Origin: a virus
Length of the DNA stretch: 43,289 nucleotides
UHGV virus genome: UHGV-0212642
Strand: one strand, 5' to 3'
Position 1 is the stretch's first letter; every line of letters begins with the position of its first letter. The position numbers were made by a program, and so were the translations under genes. Of this stretch, positions 6,779-16,388 are shown piece by piece. Under the pieces are notes generated by a model, which searched no databases, had not been told where the DNA came from, and was given only the letters and a program-made list of their open reading frames with translations.

Positions 6779-9343
6779 TTAAATTCTTAACAATCTATCA
6801 TATATTACGTTTGAAATAGCATATCCGCCATTTTTATTAGGATGTACACCATCTTTGTACATCAAACCGTTTGAATTAGTAGTGTTGAAGTCTCCTAAAG
6901 CTCTGTATAAGCTAATAAATCCAATGTCTAAATCTTTAGCGATACGATATAATGCGTTGCTATATTCTGACATTCCTAACGCTGTATTTTGTACATTGTT
7001 TCCGCTCGGACTTATCAAAAATACACTTGCTAATGGTTTGCCTTCTTTTATTCGTGAAACGATTTCTTTCATATTTTTTTCGAAATCAGTGATTGTCATA
7101 CTCGCAGCCATATCATTCGTACCAAGTAAAATACCGAATGTGTTAGCGTTACAACGTTTGATTTGTTTAAACCAGTTGTCACGATCAGTTGCTACGATTT
7201 GAGACGATTTCAAACCACCGTTGCCTATTTTATGGATAACTACACCTTTATTGCCTTTATAAGCATAAGAGCCAATAAATGACACGAGACCCTCAACAAC
7301 TTCAAGTGTAATTGTATGTTTACCTAAATCTAGTTTGATTGGCGTTACTTCTTGTTGTGTAGCATCAACACTTACCCAGTCACCAGCATCTACTTTATAA
7401 CGCCATTTACCGACATTTAACGTGTGTAACTCATAATAATCTACTTCTTCGTTAAAAGTAATTACAATGCTATCTCCAACTGTAGAACTTTCAACCATAG
7501 CAGTATCTAAACCTTTAGCTTTTGGTCCGATGTCCAAATGAGAATCATATTGCGTCCAACTGCCATTTAGTTCTACACTTACTAATCCGTTTCCAGTATG
7601 GTTGTTAGCTAAACTAATAAAGCCAATACCACCATCAGCATAACCTAGTTTCATAAATTTCTCTTTAAGTGGTAAAGTTAGTCTGTCTCCACCTCTAAAC
7701 TCTCCACCTTGAACCCAACTGTCGCCAATAAACGCAATCTCTGTTTTCCCTGCGTAATCTGCATTTAATTGTTTGCTTATGTCAGCTGTGTATGATTTAA
7801 GTGTGTGTTTACCAAAAGAATCGATGTTATAATCAGTTTTATCTTGTGCAGCTTCCTTCTCTATAAATTTGCTAGGTATCTTTATTTCATACGGTATATA
7901 GCTTTCTGGCACTTTGTCGCTTTTAACAAGCATCGTTGAATTAATCGCACTAGTTAACATACTAAATCTTATATACCAAGCGTCTTGAGGTACAGTCATT
8001 TGAGTTGTTGCTGTTGTTGTGATTGGCATAAAGTCAAAGTTTTTATTATAAAAAGCATATGTGGCAAAATTATTGTTTTTAGATAATGTTGTCGCATCTT
8101 TAATGTAAATGTAATCACTCGCAGAATAGTTTGCGTTATCTGACAAAAGTCCATTAGTCTGATTAACATATTTGCTAGTCGTCACTTTTGAACTGTCGAA
8201 TAGGTTGTCTGATTGTTTGACAAAGTTAAGTTTATTCATATCTATAGATTGATCGTAAATCATCTCGTTATTTACAAATCTGTTGGGAATATTAGGGCTT
8301 AAACCAGGCAACTTGTAATAAAACTTTTCGTACGAAGTACTTGCATCTCCTTTTTCAATTTGGTATTGCAAGTAACTATAGCCAGCATAAACACCTGGTT
8401 TGAGTGTAGAAGTTCTTATGAAATAACAATCATCCGGCGTTTTAAATGTTCTTGGTTGGTTAGGTGTCGTAGCTCTAGACAAACCACTAATGAATTTTTT
8501 AGTTACATCATAAAAAGTAACAATATCTGACTGGCTTTGCGTGTATGCTGTGTTAGGTTGTACTGGTAAAAAGTCGCTTGTTACGTAACTTTCCGCTTTG
8601 CTTTCTTGACCGTTTAAATAATTTAATAATGTATCAAAACTCAATGTATTAGGATTGAATATATTTTTCCCAGTTAAAAGATAATCTGTTTTATCGTAAG
8701 ATACCGAACGACTATATATGCTGTTCATTCCTTTTAGTTCTTGTTTTTCTGCATCTGTCAAATCGTTGAAAGATATTTTACCGTCTTTACCAGGTTCGCC
8801 TTTAGAACCTTTAAATTTGTCCGGATTTTCATTAACGTAAGTCTTTAAATCCGTTTCTAACTTTTCTTTGAAACTATCGTCTAACAACCCCATAGCGTTT
8901 TCTTTCATTACTCTTTCGACTAAGTATTGTAAGCTATCAACATGGACTTCTTTACCAATAGGCCCAGTCATACCGCTGTCAGTAATAGTAAAGTAGAAGT
9001 TAGCAACATGTATACTGTCTTTGTCATTTGCTAAGAATAATTTAGCATCCATTTTGCCAACGTGTTGAATTACGTTATCTCTGACTTTGTATTGTATAAC
9101 GCCTTTTTTAGGCATTAATATATCTAACGGTTCATTTGTAAAAATAGAACCGTCTGAACAGAATAAATCTAATCGAGGTAACATATCTGTCTTTGTAAAG
9201 TCTAATACCTCGTTGTTGTTTTTAATTGTAATTCTGATGTAAGCTGAACCGTCGTCCTCTGTATAAAAATTAGCACCTATAAACCCATTTTCTACATTAC
9301 TTACATTAATATTAGTAACAACATCTTTTAATTTTTGTATCAT
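6779..9343 (-). CDS. Tail/baseplate protein: BppU-like N-terminal domain, collagen-like Gly-X-Y stretch, C-terminal SGNH/GDSL hydrolase
   Basis: ORF track start 9397 overlaps the upstream gene. Likely start is ATG at 9343 with AGAGGTG RBS. N-terminal BppU_N-like sequence, GSKGEPGKDGK, and C-terminal GDSL blocks (IAFIGDSW ... DGVHPN). Confidence 0.7.
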   Translation of the reverse strand: MIQKLKDVVTNINVSNVENGFIGANFYTEDDGSAYIRITIKNNNEVLDFTKTDMLPRLDLFCSDGSIFTNEPLDILMPKKGVIQYKVRDNVIQHVGKMDAKLFLANDKDSIHVANFYFTITDSGMTGPIGKEVHVDSLQYLVERVMKENAMGLLDDSFKEKLETDLKTYVNENPDKFKGSKGEPGKDGKISFNDLTDAEKQELKGMNSIYSRSVSYDKTDYLLTGKNIFNPNTLSFDTLLNYLNGQESKAESYVTSDFLPVQPNTAYTQSQSDIVTFYDVTKKFISGLSRATTPNQPRTFKTPDDCYFIRTSTLKPGVYAGYSYLQYQIEKGDASTSYEKFYYKLPGLSPNIPNRFVNNEMIYDQSIDMNKLNFVKQSDNLFDSSKVTTSKYVNQTNGLLSDNANYSASDYIYIKDATTLSKNNNFATYAFYNKNFDFMPITTTATTQMTVPQDAWYIRFSMLTSAINSTMLVKSDKVPESYIPYEIKIPSKFIEKEAAQDKTDYNIDSFGKHTLKSYTADISKQLNADYAGKTEIAFIGDSWVQGGEFRGGDRLTLPLKEKFMKLGYADGGIGFISLANNHTGNGLVSVELNGSWTQYDSHLDIGPKAKGLDTAMVESSTVGDSIVITFNEEVDYYELHTLNVGKWRYKVDAGDWVSVDATQQEVTPIKLDLGKHTITLEVVEGLVSFIGSYAYKGNKGVVIHKIGNGGLKSSQIVATDRDNWFKQIKRCNANTFGILLGTNDMAASMTITDFEKNMKEIVSRIKEGKPLASVFLISPSGNNVQNTALGMSEYSNALYRIAKDLDIGFISLYRALGDFNTTNSNGLMYKDGVHPNKNGGYAISNVIYDRLLRI

Positions 9344-9353
9344 AAATACACCT

Positions 9354-11234
9354 CTATTTATATTTGTCTTGAATGAAATATTTTCCAGTCGTTCCAACCT
9401 TTTTGTACAAACTGTTTATTGTTGTTGCTTGCGTTTGACACCATTCGATAGCTGTAGCATATTGCATAGTACCAGGTTTTTTAGGGTTCCAACGCATACG
9501 ATAAAGTGTTTGTTTGCCATTGTTGAAAAAGTTGCTTCTAACAAATTTTGCACCACCAGCTATACCTTTGGCTGGAGTTGTCCAACCTTTTCGTTTAGCG
9601 TATGCAATTGAAGCGTTAGGGTTGTTGTCATATACAGCTATACCGAAATAGTTGTATATACCATAGCGCCCACTCGCAAAGTTACTTGTACCGTTTCCAC
9701 TTTCTAAAAATGCATGTGCGATTAAATAAATTTCATTCACGTTATATTTTTTACAAGCACTAGCAAACGCTTTACCTTGTCCAGCTAAAGTGCCTTTGCC
9801 TTTAAGTATTTTGTTGAGTTTATCTACCGATATGCCTTGATATCTTCCTAAATCTAGCATTTGATAGTGTTGTACATTACTTTTCCATATTCGTGTTGGG
9901 TTCATAGCATTACTTGTTTGTTGACGAGTAGCATGCACCCAACCTGACCATTGCGTCGTTTTCATAGGTTTGCCATAAGCCATTTGTCTATCAAGCGCTT
10001 GTTTAAATGTGTATGGGCTCTTTTCAACGACCACTTTTGGTTTGAGTGGCGTTATTTTAGAATGACTTGATTTATCGACGCTCGTTTCTTTTGGATTAAC
10101 TTTGATTTTCATTTTAGATGAAGTACTGTGAATTGTTTCAACAAATAATTTATCTTTATTCTTATACATCGCAATAATTTTCTTCTTGATTTCTTCGTAC
10201 TTATCGTCGTTTGGTATACCGTCGACAATAAGGTCATATCCAATTGCATCTTTCATAGTGCGCCAAATGTTTTTATCTGCTGTTATTGTTGCATTAGATA
10301 GCTCTACTTTTTCATATTTCAAGGTATCAACACCGTACACAATAGCTCTTAGTTGATTGAGTAAAAATTGACGTTTGCTGTCTGTTTGACCTCCACAAAC
10401 TTCAATAACAAACCAACCGTTATGCGCTGGCGCTACTCTGTCAGTAGGACGACATTGCCAAATCATCTCTCTATCTACGAAAACGTGTGGATACTCATTT
10501 TCTTCAAGATACTTATTGCGCTGTGCGTAGATATCTTGTACAGAACGCATATGCTGTGACTCTTTGACGTATATACCTTTTAAATCGTTTAAGAAATCTC
10601 CGAACGCAATGTGATGATAGTTATATTCAAGTTCTTTGTCATAATTCATTAAAAATGATGTATAAGATAGTTTCTTTACTTCTTTGATTATCGGTTTTGT
10701 TTCTTCTTTTGTGTTTTTAGGTTTGTTGTCCGGTTGAGGCTCTGGCTTATTATCTGGTTTGCTGTCTGTCTTTTTCGTTTCTGGCTGATAAGGTGGTCGT
10801 ACAAAACCACTAATACCGTAATAAGAATGCTTAACTTTTGCTGCTGGAGAACCATTGTAACCATTAGCTCCATACCAATTTTGATCTACACTAGTAAAAT
10901 AACTTTTCGTAGACGGTCCTACCACTACAGCTGTATGACCAGTACCATTGTTGAATGATCCTTTTCCCCAAACCGCCATATCTCCGGGTTTAGGTACGAA
11001 ACTAGCTGTATTACGATAAAATCTAAACCCTTTTGGATAGTGATACCATGCCATTGCTATAGCGTTACCAGATGTAAAGAAACCCCAATACCTTTTGAAT
11101 ATATAGTTAGGTAAATCCCAACACTGCGCACCGTAATAGCCGTCAACATTCAACCTTTTTCCTATTCTTGACTTAGCCCATGCAGCAACTTCACTCGCTG
11201 TAGGTTTTCTGTTTTTTGGGTTAGGTAATCCCAT
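9354..11234 (-). CDS. Tail-associated peptidoglycan hydrolase (CHAP + glucosaminidase, TAME-like)
   Basis: 626 aa. N-terminal CHAP (CWDLPNYIF...GHTAVV). C-terminal mannosyl-glycoprotein endo-beta-N-acetylglucosaminidase-like region (YLIAHAFLESGNGTS). Position and architecture as in phi11 gp49. Confidence 0.8.
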   Translation of the reverse strand: MGLPNPKNRKPTASEVAAWAKSRIGKRLNVDGYYGAQCWDLPNYIFKRYWGFFTSGNAIAMAWYHYPKGFRFYRNTASFVPKPGDMAVWGKGSFNNGTGHTAVVVGPSTKSYFTSVDQNWYGANGYNGSPAAKVKHSYYGISGFVRPPYQPETKKTDSKPDNKPEPQPDNKPKNTKEETKPIIKEVKKLSYTSFLMNYDKELEYNYHHIAFGDFLNDLKGIYVKESQHMRSVQDIYAQRNKYLEENEYPHVFVDREMIWQCRPTDRVAPAHNGWFVIEVCGGQTDSKRQFLLNQLRAIVYGVDTLKYEKVELSNATITADKNIWRTMKDAIGYDLIVDGIPNDDKYEEIKKKIIAMYKNKDKLFVETIHSTSSKMKIKVNPKETSVDKSSHSKITPLKPKVVVEKSPYTFKQALDRQMAYGKPMKTTQWSGWVHATRQQTSNAMNPTRIWKSNVQHYQMLDLGRYQGISVDKLNKILKGKGTLAGQGKAFASACKKYNVNEIYLIAHAFLESGNGTSNFASGRYGIYNYFGIAVYDNNPNASIAYAKRKGWTTPAKGIAGGAKFVRSNFFNNGKQTLYRMRWNPKKPGTMQYATAIEWCQTQATTINSLYKKVGTTGKYFIQDKYK

Positions 11235-11371
11235 TCGTACACCTCATTTCAAAATAAAAAAGCCGACGCAATGCGTCGACCTTTTATTAAATACTATTTG
11301 CACTTACCGAACCAGAAACAGCCCCAAAAATTGAAACCTAATAAGAATTTGAACATAGTTTACACCTCCCT

Positions 11372-11683
11372 TCAAATACCAAAGACTATTCTTAGTATTG
11401 CTACGATTAGAGAACCGACAATGGTTCCAACCAATCCCAGCACCCACATTTTTATTTCTTTGATATTCTTTTTATTCTCTTTTTTATTCTCTTGATCTAG
11501 TTCACGTTCTCTATTGATGCTGTCCAGAGTAAAATTCATTTTTTGATTGACTAAATTTTGATTGTGTTGACCGTCTTTTATTTGCTCCAAAGAGGTAAAA
11601 ATTTTCTCGTCATTATCTTCTAATCTACTTACTCGACGCTCGAGGTCGCCTCTTTGGTTATTATCAACCATATACTCACCCAC
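11372..11683 (-). CDS. XhlA-like small coiled-coil protein with C-terminal transmembrane anchor
   Basis: 103 aa. N-terminal coiled coil and C-terminal hydrophobic helix (MWVLGLVGTIVGSLIVAILRIVFGI), the pattern of the XhlA haemolysin family. Confidence 0.5.
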   Translation of the reverse strand: MGEYMVDNNQRGDLERRVSRLEDNDEKIFTSLEQIKDGQHNQNLVNQKMNFTLDSINRERELDQENKKENKKNIKEIKMWVLGLVGTIVGSLIVAILRIVFGI

Positions 11684-11847
11684 TTTTAATATTTAAACAA
11701 CATTACAATTGAGAGTCTTCGACATACTCAACGTCTGTTAATTCTTTGTATTGTTCGGAAGTAATCCACTTTGATTTTACAAAAATCTTCATTTGTTCAT
11801 TGGTATATAATCCCATTTTGTAATATTTAATAACCCATTTGCCCATG

Positions 11848-12183
11848 TTAGTGGCCTCCTTGTAATTGTGCGACTTGTAACATTAAATTTGATACAACCG
11901 CGTTATTTTCTTCTAACTTACTATTCATACCAGCAACTTGTATTGTTAAATCGGCAATTAGTGTGTCCTTTTCGTCGACTGTCACATCATCTTTTTTTAG
12001 GGTATTTTCAAAATCTTCTTTGGATTGACCCACCCATTTTTGGCCGTCGTAATAAAAAGGCGCATATATACCTTGCGGAGGCTGTTCTTCTGTGTATTTT
12101 TCTTCTGGATAGACGTATTCGCCCTCCTCATTTTGATAAACCAAAACTTGTTGCCCATTTTTCCATAAGTAAACAACTTTCAT
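11848..12183 (-). CDS. Hypothetical tail-module protein
   Basis: ORF track start 12249 overlaps the upstream gene by 62 nt. Likely start is ATG at 12183 (MKVVYLWKNGQ...) with GGAGTGAGGAT RBS, 4 nt after the upstream stop. Confidence 0.5.
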   Translation of the reverse strand: MKVVYLWKNGQQVLVYQNEEGEYVYPEEKYTEEQPPQGIYAPFYYDGQKWVGQSKEDFENTLKKDDVTVDEKDTLIADLTIQVAGMNSKLEENNAVVSNLMLQVAQLQGGH

Positions 12184-12187
12184 ATCC

Positions 12188-13717
12188 TCACTCCGTCCAT
12201 TCGATTTGTGCATATGCATAATCTGTAGATGTCCACTGCGTACTGTCATATAAAACGTTGAATGTAACCGTTCCGGACGGCGTTAAAGTAACGCGACCAC
12301 CGTATCTATTTCTTGGTACTGCAACTGGTTGCATAACCATATCTTGGACAAAATCTTTTGGTAACAAAGCAATAGTTTGGCCATGTTGAATATTAGTTGC
12401 GTTAATTCTAACGTATTTTCTTGTAATGCCATTTTCTGTAATAGAACGATAAGCCGATTTAAAGCCGTTTTGCACAGAATTGTCATTACCAGGAGTTACA
12501 CCGTTAATTAATTGTAAATCGACCCAACCGGTGTCTATTATGTCGTTACTGAATTTTGTCCACGCTGTCCAATTGTTAGCGCCGTTTTTGGTGCGTAAGA
12601 ACAATTGGTTAGTGTTATAAGGTGTGAATATAAATTTCATGTAGTTTTCGTTTGTATATATTACAAACAGCATACCGTTACTTTTTATATTTTCTGGCAA
12701 ATTACTTGCGGCATATAGGTAATAAAAACCACTACTATTTATCATTGATTCTGGAGCGTTTAAGTCAAGGTTGTACAAGCTTATTGTACGTCCGTCAGAA
12801 CTCGTTAAGGCTTTCTTTTGCCAGTTCAAAGCGTCCATTTTGCTATCAACTTGACTAGGCGTGATAAAGCCATTGTTTTTTAAAGTCTCATTAAATTGAT
12901 TTACTTTATCATCTATAGATTGATTAGCATTGGTTACGTTGTCAGTGAAAGTTTTTGAACTATCGTCAGTTAGTTTTTGGAAAGTGCTTAATGACAAGTT
13001 GTAGTCAGTTAAAACAGAGTCACGTTTTGCGTCTATTTGACGTAATGACTCATCGCTAAGCTTAGTGATTTCGTTAGATGCAGTTACTTGAGCGTTAGCA
13101 ATATTTTGCGATGCTTCCGCTCCAGCTTGATTGATTTGTGAAGTAGCGTCTTTTGCTGTTTGTTTGATAGTTTCGACAAGACTTTCTAAGCTTCCAATAT
13201 CTTCTTGTAGTTGTTGAACTTTCAACTCTAATTGAGTGCGTAAATCGTCGAACATTCTAATATATTCAACTTTGATGTCGCTTTCAATTTGGTTAACAAG
13301 GCTATCTCTTACCATAAATGTGAATGTACCTAGAACAACAGTATCGTCTTTGCCAGTGTTATTAACATCGTTTAGAGATAAATAAACCTCTCCTAAAACT
13401 CTGCTATCTGTTGCGTTTTTTAAAAACCATTGTGGTACAGTGACACCAATTAAACCTCTCATCGGGTCTATAAAATCAATATCTAGTACACCTGAAGTTG
13501 TTGGTCTTTGTTTCTCGTTATTGTTCATTTCTTTAAAGAATGCATAACCTTTAACGTTCTTGTCGCTAATCAATAGCGGTTTATCATCTTTAGATACAAC
13601 AAATTGAAATTGTGCTGTGTTTTTATCTAAATTATAAAAACCAATACCTCTGTCAGATATTGGCTTTAAATATGCTTCTTCTTCTAAATTGATGCGACCG
13701 ACTTTTTGTAATTCCAT
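12188..13717 (-). CDS. Baseplate upper protein / tail fibre (BppU-like N-terminus, coiled-coil shaft, C-terminal head domain)
   Basis: 509 aa. N-terminal BppU_N-like region, long heptad-repeat region, C-terminal globular domain. Position within the baseplate cluster. Confidence 0.65.
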   Translation of the reverse strand: MELQKVGRINLEEEAYLKPISDRGIGFYNLDKNTAQFQFVVSKDDKPLLISDKNVKGYAFFKEMNNNEKQRPTTSGVLDIDFIDPMRGLIGVTVPQWFLKNATDSRVLGEVYLSLNDVNNTGKDDTVVLGTFTFMVRDSLVNQIESDIKVEYIRMFDDLRTQLELKVQQLQEDIGSLESLVETIKQTAKDATSQINQAGAEASQNIANAQVTASNEITKLSDESLRQIDAKRDSVLTDYNLSLSTFQKLTDDSSKTFTDNVTNANQSIDDKVNQFNETLKNNGFITPSQVDSKMDALNWQKKALTSSDGRTISLYNLDLNAPESMINSSGFYYLYAASNLPENIKSNGMLFVIYTNENYMKFIFTPYNTNQLFLRTKNGANNWTAWTKFSNDIIDTGWVDLQLINGVTPGNDNSVQNGFKSAYRSITENGITRKYVRINATNIQHGQTIALLPKDFVQDMVMQPVAVPRNRYGGRVTLTPSGTVTFNVLYDSTQWTSTDYAYAQIEWTE

Positions 13718-16377
13718 TATTTAACCCCCCAAGTAACCAACGCGATAGCGCAGCCACGTTCTTCGGTGTAAGGTGTAGTAATTTCTTGAACCCAACCGCG
13801 TCCATTAACGTTATCTTTGTAACCAATTCCAGCACGAGAATTAATAAAGTCATTCGCTACTACATCTTTTTCAACGTTAGTATAGATTTGACCGATTAAC
13901 CCGACTGTGTTCCATTCTGGTCTATCAGAACGTGACACATAAGGTAAATCTGGGTTGTAGTCCGGATTTTCTACCGGCTCGTCACGCCATTCGTGCGTAA
14001 CATTGCCCTCATCGTCTACAAATTCTCTTTGTACACGTTTAGTAACAGTAACGCCGTATTCATTAACTAAATATCTGTCTTTATGATGATAAGACTTGTC
14101 ATTGGCTACAAGTGCTGCTGTACCTGATATAACGCCCAAAATACGTTCGTTTGGTTGTGCTTTTCTAATTTTGCCGTTATCCAAAGTAACAATAGTGCCT
14201 AACTCAATTGCTTGGCCTGATTGGCTTTCGTATAACTCTGCGATATCAGCACTATTTTGTGTTAATTTGCCAGCTAGCGTTAAATTACCGCTGTAAGTAC
14301 TTAAGTCAAACTTGATATTTGATGTTGAAGCGTTACCACTTGAACCATAACCACCAACGATGTGATAGTTACCAGGAGATTTGACACGGTTACTGTTTAT
14401 AATCATTTGTGTATGTCCTGATTTTTCTGTTTCTGAATTTAATGAACTTAATATTCCAGAACGTGAACCATAAGCTTTAGATCCAGAGCCAGAACCTATG
14501 ACATAACTACGATTACTATACGCTCTTGAATTACCTGTAGAGGCAATCACTGCGCTTGCTTCTGCTGTTGCTGCTGAACCTGTAGAACCGATGCTTGCTC
14601 CGCCTTTAAATGAAGTTGGGGCTACATCATATTTTTCCCCAGCGATCCACGCTGCATTTGCGTAGTTGTCGGCTGTTACACCACTTATAGTAGCTGTATT
14701 ATTTGTTACCCTTAAACCAACACCGGAGCCGTTACCTCGTAAGTTACAGTTTGTTATTTTGACGTCGTGTAGGCTACTACCAACACCAATACCGATGTTG
14801 TTAGACGAATTACAAATGTTGATGTTGTTAAGGATATATCTCGAACCTCTGTTAGTACCACCAAACAACCTAATGTCGACATCTGCATTTCTAAAGTTTC
14901 TTACGTTGATGTTATTTAAAACTACGTTTTCTGACATGAATTGTACTGCTATAGCCGGCTGTTTAGTGTCTAGTTTGCCATTGTCTAATACACCAAAATC
15001 ATTGTCGCCAATAGCCGTAAAGTTATTTACTGATACATTGCGATAAGCACTGATTAACAGTGCTCTTGGTGTAGAGCCAGGATAAACACCATTATATTTA
15101 GGATATAGAGCCAAACAGTTGTTTAATACAACATCATAAGCAGTTTTACTTTTAGGGTCTGTTTTAGCTCTGTGGTGGCCAATATGACGTATGTTATAAG
15201 CTCTTGTATCTTCTACGGACAAGTGATTATTAACAAACACTGCAGTTGCCGCACTTGCTGTTTCATGAGCTTTAATCTCTACGCCACCAAAATTACCTTG
15301 TGTTTTGTTGTCTGATAAAAAGACAAACTGTGAACCGTCGTCTATCTCAATACCGTTGTTGTTACTTCCACCAGTAGGAGAATGAGCATAACAGTTTGAA
15401 ATTGTAATATATCTTGAGTGGTGCGTTGTAATACCGTCATCCCCACAAGCATAAGCTTCACAGTTATCAATGTGAATGTGTCTACTTTCTAATGATGACG
15501 GCACTCTATTTCCGTCCCCCTCGTAGTAGTAAGCGTCATTTGCATAAGTAACGTCAATACAATGCAACAATGCATCGTGAGATTTAATATTATAAATGTA
15601 ACCGTTTGTCACACCAGCAAATCTGATGTTAGATGAACGAGAGCCTCCGGTTGGTTGCAACGCTTTATTTTGTCTAAATTTATTTCCGTCAAATTCAAAA
15701 TTTTCCAAGGAAATATTTTTAGCTGCACCACTCATTTTTAAGTTAGTGATGCCGATATTTTCAGCCGGCGTATTGTCCATAAACTTAATTTTAGTAATAT
15801 CTTTACCTTGTCCGACTAAACGCGAGTTATTAGGCATTTTGATACCAGTTGTTAAATAAGTACCAGCGCTCATAGTAACAAGTACGTTACCGTCGCCCAA
15901 CGCGTCTTGAAAGGCTTTTGTACTATCTTTTTGGCCCGTTGGATCTCCGCCAAAATCATCAACGTTAACAATACGTCTAATACGTTTGTCTAATTCGTTG
16001 AATGCTGCTTCACGCTCTCCTTTTTCACGTAAAAAGTCATGTAATAATCGAGCGTCTAACGTTTCGAAATTCTTTGCATCAATTGATGTTCGACTTGCTC
16101 TTAATTCTTGTACGCCGTCGCCATTATGCCCCAAAACAAGCTCCTCTATTTGTTTTTGTAAATAGTTAAAATATTCATTTGAATATATCTTAACACCACT
16201 TTGCAACTCGTGTATAACTTGTTCTGTTTTATGTGCAGGCTTTTGTGTTTTTTCGTGATACTTTTTATATTCTTCATTCTTATTAAGCGCACGCTCGATA
16301 ATTTCGTAATTATCTTCGTTTTGGCTAACGAATTTATTACCAAATAACGAGTGTAGCTTTTTTGTTAATTCAATCAT
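13717..16377 (-). CDS. Tail fibre/tailspike with right-handed beta-helix (pectate-lyase-3-like) putative polysaccharide depolymerase domain
   Basis: 886 aa. N-terminal coiled coil, then VDDFGGDPTGQKDSTKAFQDAL (Pectate_lyase_3 N-cap motif). Many beta-helix rungs (NCEAYACGDDGITT, NNGIEIDDGS, GNFGGVEI ...). Gly/Ser-rich C-terminal region. Confidence 0.7.
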   Translation of the reverse strand: MIELTKKLHSLFGNKFVSQNEDNYEIIERALNKNEEYKKYHEKTQKPAHKTEQVIHELQSGVKIYSNEYFNYLQKQIEELVLGHNGDGVQELRASRTSIDAKNFETLDARLLHDFLREKGEREAAFNELDKRIRRIVNVDDFGGDPTGQKDSTKAFQDALGDGNVLVTMSAGTYLTTGIKMPNNSRLVGQGKDITKIKFMDNTPAENIGITNLKMSGAAKNISLENFEFDGNKFRQNKALQPTGGSRSSNIRFAGVTNGYIYNIKSHDALLHCIDVTYANDAYYYEGDGNRVPSSLESRHIHIDNCEAYACGDDGITTHHSRYITISNCYAHSPTGGSNNNGIEIDDGSQFVFLSDNKTQGNFGGVEIKAHETASAATAVFVNNHLSVEDTRAYNIRHIGHHRAKTDPKSKTAYDVVLNNCLALYPKYNGVYPGSTPRALLISAYRNVSVNNFTAIGDNDFGVLDNGKLDTKQPAIAVQFMSENVVLNNINVRNFRNADVDIRLFGGTNRGSRYILNNINICNSSNNIGIGVGSSLHDVKITNCNLRGNGSGVGLRVTNNTATISGVTADNYANAAWIAGEKYDVAPTSFKGGASIGSTGSAATAEASAVIASTGNSRAYSNRSYVIGSGSGSKAYGSRSGILSSLNSETEKSGHTQMIINSNRVKSPGNYHIVGGYGSSGNASTSNIKFDLSTYSGNLTLAGKLTQNSADIAELYESQSGQAIELGTIVTLDNGKIRKAQPNERILGVISGTAALVANDKSYHHKDRYLVNEYGVTVTKRVQREFVDDEGNVTHEWRDEPVENPDYNPDLPYVSRSDRPEWNTVGLIGQIYTNVEKDVVANDFINSRAGIGYKDNVNGRGWVQEITTPYTEERGCAIALVTWGVK

Positions 16378-16388
16378 TGGCAGCCTCC

